A DNA stretch of 64,000 nt. Origin: Blastocatellia bacterium (GTDB taxonomy: Bacteria; Acidobacteriota; Blastocatellia; UBA7656). Made by a program: the position numbers and the translations under genes. This document shows, one piece after another, positions 59,134 to 64,000 of this stretch. The notes under the pieces were generated by a model, which saw nothing but the letters and a program-made list of their open reading frames with translations, ran no database searches and had not been told where the DNA came from. Position 1 is the first letter of the stretch. Every line of letters starts with the position of its first letter. The DNA lies in assembly GCA_035634255.1 (NCBI GenBank), contig DASQDI010000089.1:45142-109141 (forward strand), written 5' to 3'.

Positions 59134-59162
59134 TTGACATCGAGTAACGATAATTATATAAA
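59134..59162 (+). promoter_or_regulatory. sigma70-like promoter ~290 nt upstream of the ECF sigma gene
   Basis: TTGACA (59134-59139), 17-nt spacer, TATAAA (59157-59162). Confidence 0.4.
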
Positions 59163-59450
59163 CAGGGCGGCGAAGGGTTCTCCCGAAGGTTGCCAGCTTC
59201 ATCATCATCGAAAATCAGGCCTGTTGTAGTGTTGAAAATTTTTCAGAAGCCAGCGGTTTAACAGCCCCTTCTGTCGTGTCAAAACGCCGGCCGAATGCTT
59301 TCCGAGAATGATCCCGCGCATGTCCGAACTACCGGAGAAACCTCAGAGAGTCTTCGAACCGAAGGAAGAAAAGACGGGCGTCTTCAGGCATCAACGACGC
59401 TTTCCAACTCATAATCAACTCTGAAAACGGCTCTTTCCAGTAAATTAATA

Positions 59451-60212
59451 ATGAATATGGGAAAACAAGCAGCCCGGCCCGCGGGTCCGATTCCTCACCC
59501 CGCCGCCGACCTGACGGGGACCTTATCGCAGCCGAAGCAGGAGAGCGCCTCACAGGAGCGAATCCTGCGGCTCTATCTTCAGGGCGATCCCGACGCCTTC
59601 TGGAACCTCTGGGAGTTGAACCGCAGCTATCTGTACGGGGTCTGCCTCAGGCAGATGGGGGGCGTCAGGGAAGACGCCGAAGACGCTTTGAGCCTCGCGA
59701 TGCTGAAGGCATGGGAGAGGCTCCCCGATCACGCCCCGAAGATCATCAATGTCAAAGCCTGGCTCACGCGCATGACGTGCAACCTCTGCATAGACATGCA
59801 CAGGGAGCGGCGGCGGGTGAAGAACGTCGGGAGGATCGAAGACATGACTTTAGATGACCACATGTCCGCGGCCTGCTCGGTGGAGTCTCCCGAGCAGGCG
59901 ATCCTCTTCCGCGAGATGAACCTCCACGTGCAGCGCGCGTTCAACGACCTGCCCCCTCGATTGCGAGCGCCCATGATCCTGCATTCGTTTCAGGCGATGC
60001 CTTACAGAGACATAGCCGGGCAGTTGATGCTGACGAACGAGAACGTTCGCAAGCGCATACAGCACGCGCGGGTCTTCCTGCACGAGAGGCTCAGGAGTTA
60101 TCACTCCGGCGTCACAGCTTCGGATTCCAGCGCCTTGAGATCGCGAAAGCCGCGAGAGCTTCGGCGCGCTCCCGGCCGCCTGGCGTCACTTTCGGCGGCA
60201 ACGACCTCGTAA
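59451..60212 (+). CDS. ECF-type RNA polymerase sigma-70 factor with short C-terminal extension
   Basis: 253 aa; sigma-2 and sigma-4 regions (YRDIAGQLMLTNENVRKRIQHARVFLHERL). Confidence 0.8.
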   Translation: MNMGKQAARPAGPIPHPAADLTGTLSQPKQESASQERILRLYLQGDPDAFWNLWELNRSYLYGVCLRQMGGVREDAEDALSLAMLKAWERLPDHAPKIINVKAWLTRMTCNLCIDMHRERRRVKNVGRIEDMTLDDHMSAACSVESPEQAILFREMNLHVQRAFNDLPPRLRAPMILHSFQAMPYRDIAGQLMLTNENVRKRIQHARVFLHERLRSYHSGVTASDSSALRSRKPRELRRAPGRLASLSAATTS

Positions 60213-60238
60213 ACCTTTCTGCGCTTCGGACGAAAGAA

Positions 60239-63040
60239 ATGGCAGACCATTTAAAGAGCTTACTACTCACCTTCTTCATGCTCGCGGCCGGGTTCGGGGG
60301 CGCGAGCGCGCAAGCGGGCCTCACTGTGCGCGGCACGGTCTACGACCAGAATGGCGCGGTCATCAATGGCGCGACCGTCAGGGCGCTGAACATCTCAAGC
60401 GGGAGAGAGAGAGAGACCCGGACCGATTCCGAGGGCAGGTACGAGCTGCCGGGGCTCCAGCCGGGGCTCTATCGGGTCGCGGCCCTGAGCGAGGGCTTCG
60501 CCACCTCGGCCCGGAGCATAACCCTGCGCGAGCCGGGGCCCTTCACTCAGAATTTTTCGCTGGTGCCGGGACAGATCGAGGACGCCATAACGGTCACGGC
60601 CGGCAAGGGGAGCGCCCGCGTGGCCGCAGACACCCCCCAGCCGGTGGTCATAGTCGATTCGCTCGACGTCGAAAAGAGACGGCCTTTATCCACGCTCCAG
60701 GCCATCGAAGCGACGCCCAACCTGAGTCAGGTGGGGGTGAACCCCGCGTTGGAGCGCCCGAGGCTTCGCGGGTTGACATCGAACAGGCTGCTGCTCGTGG
60801 TCGATGGCGAGCGGCTCAACAACGTCCGCAGCGACCCCCTGTCGGGCGTATCTCCGAGCATAATCGACGTGACGGGACTGCAATCGGTGGAGGTGGTCAG
60901 CGGAGGGGGGTCGAGCCTCTACGGGTCCGACGCTCTGGCGGGCACGATCAACCTGATCACACGGCAGCCCGTGCAGGTTTACGAGGGCCGTTATCTCGGG
61001 CTCCGCTTCGACGGGGACCTGCACACTAACGGGACGTTCCGGCGCGGCGCGACGACCCTCAACCTGAGCACGTCGCGAATCGCCCTGCGGCTGAGCGGCT
61101 CGCTCTTTCGCCAGGACGATTACACGGCGGGCGACGGGGCAATCCCGCTCGAAGAGGTCGTGAGGCTGGGCCGGTTCGCGAACGACCTTGGGAACGCGGC
61201 GGGCAATAACGTCGCCCGCACCTACTCGGTCTGGGACCTGCCTAGAGGGGCGGAGATCCCGAACGGGCGGGCGCGCGGGTTCAACGATCAGATCGACGTG
61301 TGGTTCTTCCCTTCCCCGGCCCACAGCCTGCGCTACCGGCAGCTCAACAGCCAGCACAAAGACATAGGCTTTCCCTTCATCGCGCTTCCATTCGAGCCGA
61401 GAGAGCAGTCCAACGGCTTCCGCAGGCTCGACCGTACGGGGGCGAGGTACGAAGGGCGAGAGATAAGCCCGTGGCTGCAAAGGCTGGCGGGCGGCTTCTA
61501 CAGGCAGAAGTACTCCTTCCCCGATAATAATATCGTCTCCACCATCGACGCGGGCAGCAGTTGGGAGATTTCTGGCGGCGGGGGACCGGGGGAAGGGGCC
61601 GTCCCCATACTGACGGGCAACCCTTCGACCTTCTCTCCCGGCAGCTTCACCGAAGGCAAAAGCTCGGTCACTTCTTACGGGCTCGACTTTCAGGCGACGC
61701 TCGCCCGGAGGACCGGGGCGGCCCTCACCACGGGGCTCGTTTACCTGCGCGACTCTTCGAGGGATGAATTCTCTCGCTTCGACCTCTCGTCGCCGACGCC
61801 GGTCGCCCTGGGGGGCCGGGCGAGCAATCCCGATTCGATTTACGAGAACGTCGGGTGGTTCAACCTGGTCGAGTACGAGCCCGCGCGCTGGCTCAGGCTG
61901 AGCGGGGGCTTCCGCCTCGACAACTGGAAGAGCGAGGCAAAGGTAACGAGCGGCTTTCCGCTCGGCGCGGAGTCCGCGATTCTCTCGGCGTCGCTCGAAG
62001 GGCTCGCGGCGAGCCCCGGCTCCATCGACCTTGAGGGGCTCGAAGGCATCGACGAGCTGGTCTCCGGGCAGTCCGGAATCAGCACGAACAACACGATAGC
62101 CACGGGGAATTTCGGCGCGGTCTTCCGACTTCGCGGGGGCATCAACCCCTACTTTCGCGTCGGGAACAGCTACCGCGAGCCGGGCATCACGGAGCGGTAC
62201 ATCCTCAGGAATTTCGGCGACCCGACATTCAGCGTGCTGCTCGTATCGAACACCGCCCTGAAGCCGGAGCGCGGCCTGAACTACGACGCGGGCGTCAAGG
62301 TGCGGCGCGATAACTGGAGCGCCTCCGTCGGGTACTTCCGAAATAACCTGAAGGACTTCTTAAGGCCCGCCTTCTCCGACGCGATCTTCGTGCCCGCCGA
62401 CCCGGCGCGCGGGCTTGAGCCGATCTCGCCGTTCTTCCCTTTTCATGGGGTGCTCTACGTGCAGCGCACGAACACGGCGCGCGCCCGCATTCAGGGGGTG
62501 GAAGCCGCGTATGATTTCAACATCTCTCTGGGGAGCAGGGGCGACATCATGCCGTTCGGGAGCCTGGGGTGGCTGAAGGGCTCGGACCTGACGCCCGACC
62601 CGAATGCGTTGAGGCTGATCGATCAGTTCTATAACTCTGACGAGACTCCGGTGCGGCTCGAAGGGTCGGCGGACGACGTGCCGCTCATCGGCATCACGCC
62701 GTTCCGCGGCGTCTTCGGAGTGAGGTACGGCAGCCGCGAGGGCGCATGGTTCGGCGAGTACCAGGTGCGCTATCAGGCCCGCGTGAGGCGCGCGGACCCG
62801 CTCGACCTGTCGGCCACGATCTCGACGCAGTACGGCACGCTCGCGAGCCTGGACTCGTTCGCGAAGCGATCCCTGCGCGTCGGGTACACTCTTCGCAAAG
62901 AAGACCGCCGGACCGTCTTCACTTTCGGGGTCGAGAACCTGACGGACCGGCTCTACTTCGAGCACTTTCAGACCGCGCCCGCGCCCGGCCGCTCTTTCGT
63001 GTTCGGCGTCACGTTCGATATTTCTAAGGTGAGATTTTAG
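60239..63040 (+). CDS. TonB-dependent receptor with N-terminal carboxypeptidase-regulatory-like domain
   Basis: 933 aa; signal peptide; CarboxypepD_reg-like GTVYDQNGAVINGATVRAL...TDSEGRYEL; plug; barrel ending ...FGVTFDISKVRF. Confidence 0.9.
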   Translation: MADHLKSLLLTFFMLAAGFGGASAQAGLTVRGTVYDQNGAVINGATVRALNISSGRERETRTDSEGRYELPGLQPGLYRVAALSEGFATSARSITLREPGPFTQNFSLVPGQIEDAITVTAGKGSARVAADTPQPVVIVDSLDVEKRRPLSTLQAIEATPNLSQVGVNPALERPRLRGLTSNRLLLVVDGERLNNVRSDPLSGVSPSIIDVTGLQSVEVVSGGGSSLYGSDALAGTINLITRQPVQVYEGRYLGLRFDGDLHTNGTFRRGATTLNLSTSRIALRLSGSLFRQDDYTAGDGAIPLEEVVRLGRFANDLGNAAGNNVARTYSVWDLPRGAEIPNGRARGFNDQIDVWFFPSPAHSLRYRQLNSQHKDIGFPFIALPFEPREQSNGFRRLDRTGARYEGREISPWLQRLAGGFYRQKYSFPDNNIVSTIDAGSSWEISGGGGPGEGAVPILTGNPSTFSPGSFTEGKSSVTSYGLDFQATLARRTGAALTTGLVYLRDSSRDEFSRFDLSSPTPVALGGRASNPDSIYENVGWFNLVEYEPARWLRLSGGFRLDNWKSEAKVTSGFPLGAESAILSASLEGLAASPGSIDLEGLEGIDELVSGQSGISTNNTIATGNFGAVFRLRGGINPYFRVGNSYREPGITERYILRNFGDPTFSVLLVSNTALKPERGLNYDAGVKVRRDNWSASVGYFRNNLKDFLRPAFSDAIFVPADPARGLEPISPFFPFHGVLYVQRTNTARARIQGVEAAYDFNISLGSRGDIMPFGSLGWLKGSDLTPDPNALRLIDQFYNSDETPVRLEGSADDVPLIGITPFRGVFGVRYGSREGAWFGEYQVRYQARVRRADPLDLSATISTQYGTLASLDSFAKRSLRVGYTLRKEDRRTVFTFGVENLTDRLYFEHFQTAPAPGRSFVFGVTFDISKVRF

Positions 63041-63052
63041 AGTCCCCTGAAG

Positions 63053-63700
63053 ATGAAGAGATACCTGACAGTGATGGGGGGCATGGCGGCGCTCTTCCTC
63101 GTCCTGTTCCTGCTCGTCGGGGCGTTACGAATCCCTCTGCTCTCGGACCCGTCGCTCTGGATGGAGCGCGGAGGGGTGGCGGCGGCCCTGGTCGGGGTCG
63201 GGCTGCTGGTGGCGGACGTGGTGCTGCCGGTGCCATCCAGCCTGATTATGATCGCCCACGGGGCGCTGTTCGGAGTGATAGCGGGAAGCTCTCTTTCACT
63301 TTTGGGAAGCGCGGGCGCGGCCATCGTGGCCTTCACGCTCGGCAGGCGCGGCGGCGCGCTCCTCGACCGGCTCGTGCCTCGGGACGAGAGAGAGCGTGCG
63401 GACCGCCTGCTTAAAAAGTACGGCGCGCTCGCGATCATCATAACCCGCCCGGTGCCGATACTCGCGGAGACGGTGGCGATCATGGCCGGGGCGTCGCCGC
63501 TCGGATGGGGGAGGATGCTCGCGGCCTCCCTCGCCGGCTCCCTGCCCGCTTCGGCGCTCTACGCCCTGACGGGGGCCGTGGCCGCGAGCTTTCAAAACGG
63601 CGCTTTGATGTTCGGGCTGGTGCTGATCATCGCGGGCGTCTTCTGGCTCGTCGGGCGCTACGTAGAACCGCTGCTCGGGAGCGAAAGCAGGGCGCGCTAG
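63053..63700 (+). CDS. DedA/SNARE-associated (VTT) family membrane protein
   Basis: 215 aa; DedA-like helices. Confidence 0.8.
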   Translation: MKRYLTVMGGMAALFLVLFLLVGALRIPLLSDPSLWMERGGVAAALVGVGLLVADVVLPVPSSLIMIAHGALFGVIAGSSLSLLGSAGAAIVAFTLGRRGGALLDRLVPRDERERADRLLKKYGALAIIITRPVPILAETVAIMAGASPLGWGRMLAASLAGSLPASALYALTGAVAASFQNGALMFGLVLIIAGVFWLVGRYVEPLLGSESRAR

Positions 63701-63730
63701 GATTTCGAGAAAATCACCAAGGAGATAATC

Positions 63731-64000
63731 ATGTCAACTACACAAGGTGCGAATGCAACAGGGATAGACGTTTCTCATTACCAGGGCACGGTGGACTGGG
63801 CCAAGGTCAGGGGCGCGGGGAGCTCCTTCGCGTTCGCCAAAGCGACGGAAAGCGTCGGGGTCGTGGACGCGATGTTCGCGACGAACTGGCCCGCCATGAA
63901 AGACGCGGGGCTCCTGCGCGGGGCTTATCACTTCTATCACGCCGCGGAGAATGCGACGGATCAGGCCAACCACTTTCTTCAGGTCGTGCAGCTCGCGCCC
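63731..64000 (+). CDS. GH25-family lysozyme/muramidase (partial, runs off window end)
   Basis: ATG 63731 after AAGGAG RBS; GIDVSHYQGTVDWAKV...FAFAKATE GH25 N-terminal signature; no stop before 64000. Confidence 0.75.
   Translation, partial: MSTTQGANATGIDVSHYQGTVDWAKVRGAGSSFAFAKATESVGVVDAMFATNWPAMKDAGLLRGAYHFYHAAENATDQANHFLQVVQLAP

Noticed and set aside
1-64000. CRISPR arrays, transposases, integrases, prophage blocks
   Set aside because: No spaced direct repeats of CRISPR type and no recombinase-like ORFs seen in any frame; the only tandem repeat is the 7-mer tract in purC.

Overview
This is a high-GC (~65-68%) bacterial chromosomal segment, with gene content and codon style most consistent with an Acidobacteriota-like metal-reducing organism; that assignment is tentative. 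All calls come from reading the six-frame translations and the DNA directly.

The first ~16 kb is one long minus-strand operon (gene starts run from 16154 down past position 1) that looks like a previously undescribed extracellular-electron-transfer conduit with its own signalling layer:
- 13842..16154: an outer-membrane beta-barrel fused to a tetraheme c3 domain.
- 9725..13828: a ~1360-aa multiheme cytochrome ending in an LVIVD-type beta-propeller and a hydrophobic/polybasic C-terminal tail.
- 9247..9705: a small tetraheme c3 cytochrome.
- 8333..9250 and 7439..8317: two 8-9-heme cytochromes.
- 4912..7347: a tandem cyclic-nucleotide-binding, 4x[4Fe-4S], membrane protein.
- 1739..4915: a single polypeptide FHA / TM / heptaheme c / TM / 2x[4Fe-4S] ferredoxin / FAD-NAD(P) oxidoreductase.
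- 830..1600: a class-II cAMP-phosphodiesterase-like metallo-beta-lactamase enzyme.
- <=1..820: an FHA+GAF protein truncated at the window edge.
The operon carries about 41 CxxCH heme-binding motifs. Several genes overlap in ATGA fashion, which suggests translational coupling.

Divergent from the operon is a secreted tandem GlcG/DUF336 (heme-binding-like) protein. The remaining ~48 kb is mostly housekeeping: uvrB, purC, nadK, nth, pepP, queF, a short family-A DNA polymerase, RNase P RNA, ABC transporter, a TonB-dependent receptor behind an ECF sigma factor, and others.

Other points worth a second look:
- a lower-GC ~3.8 kb regulatory island (STAS / Crp / CheY-like / zf-HC2 plus three unknown small genes);
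- a rhodanese gene that reads straight through an in-frame TGA (possible selenocysteine or pseudogene);
- a perfect 16-bp palindrome;
- a heptanucleotide tandem repeat at the purC 3' end.

No CRISPR array, transposase or integrase was seen.
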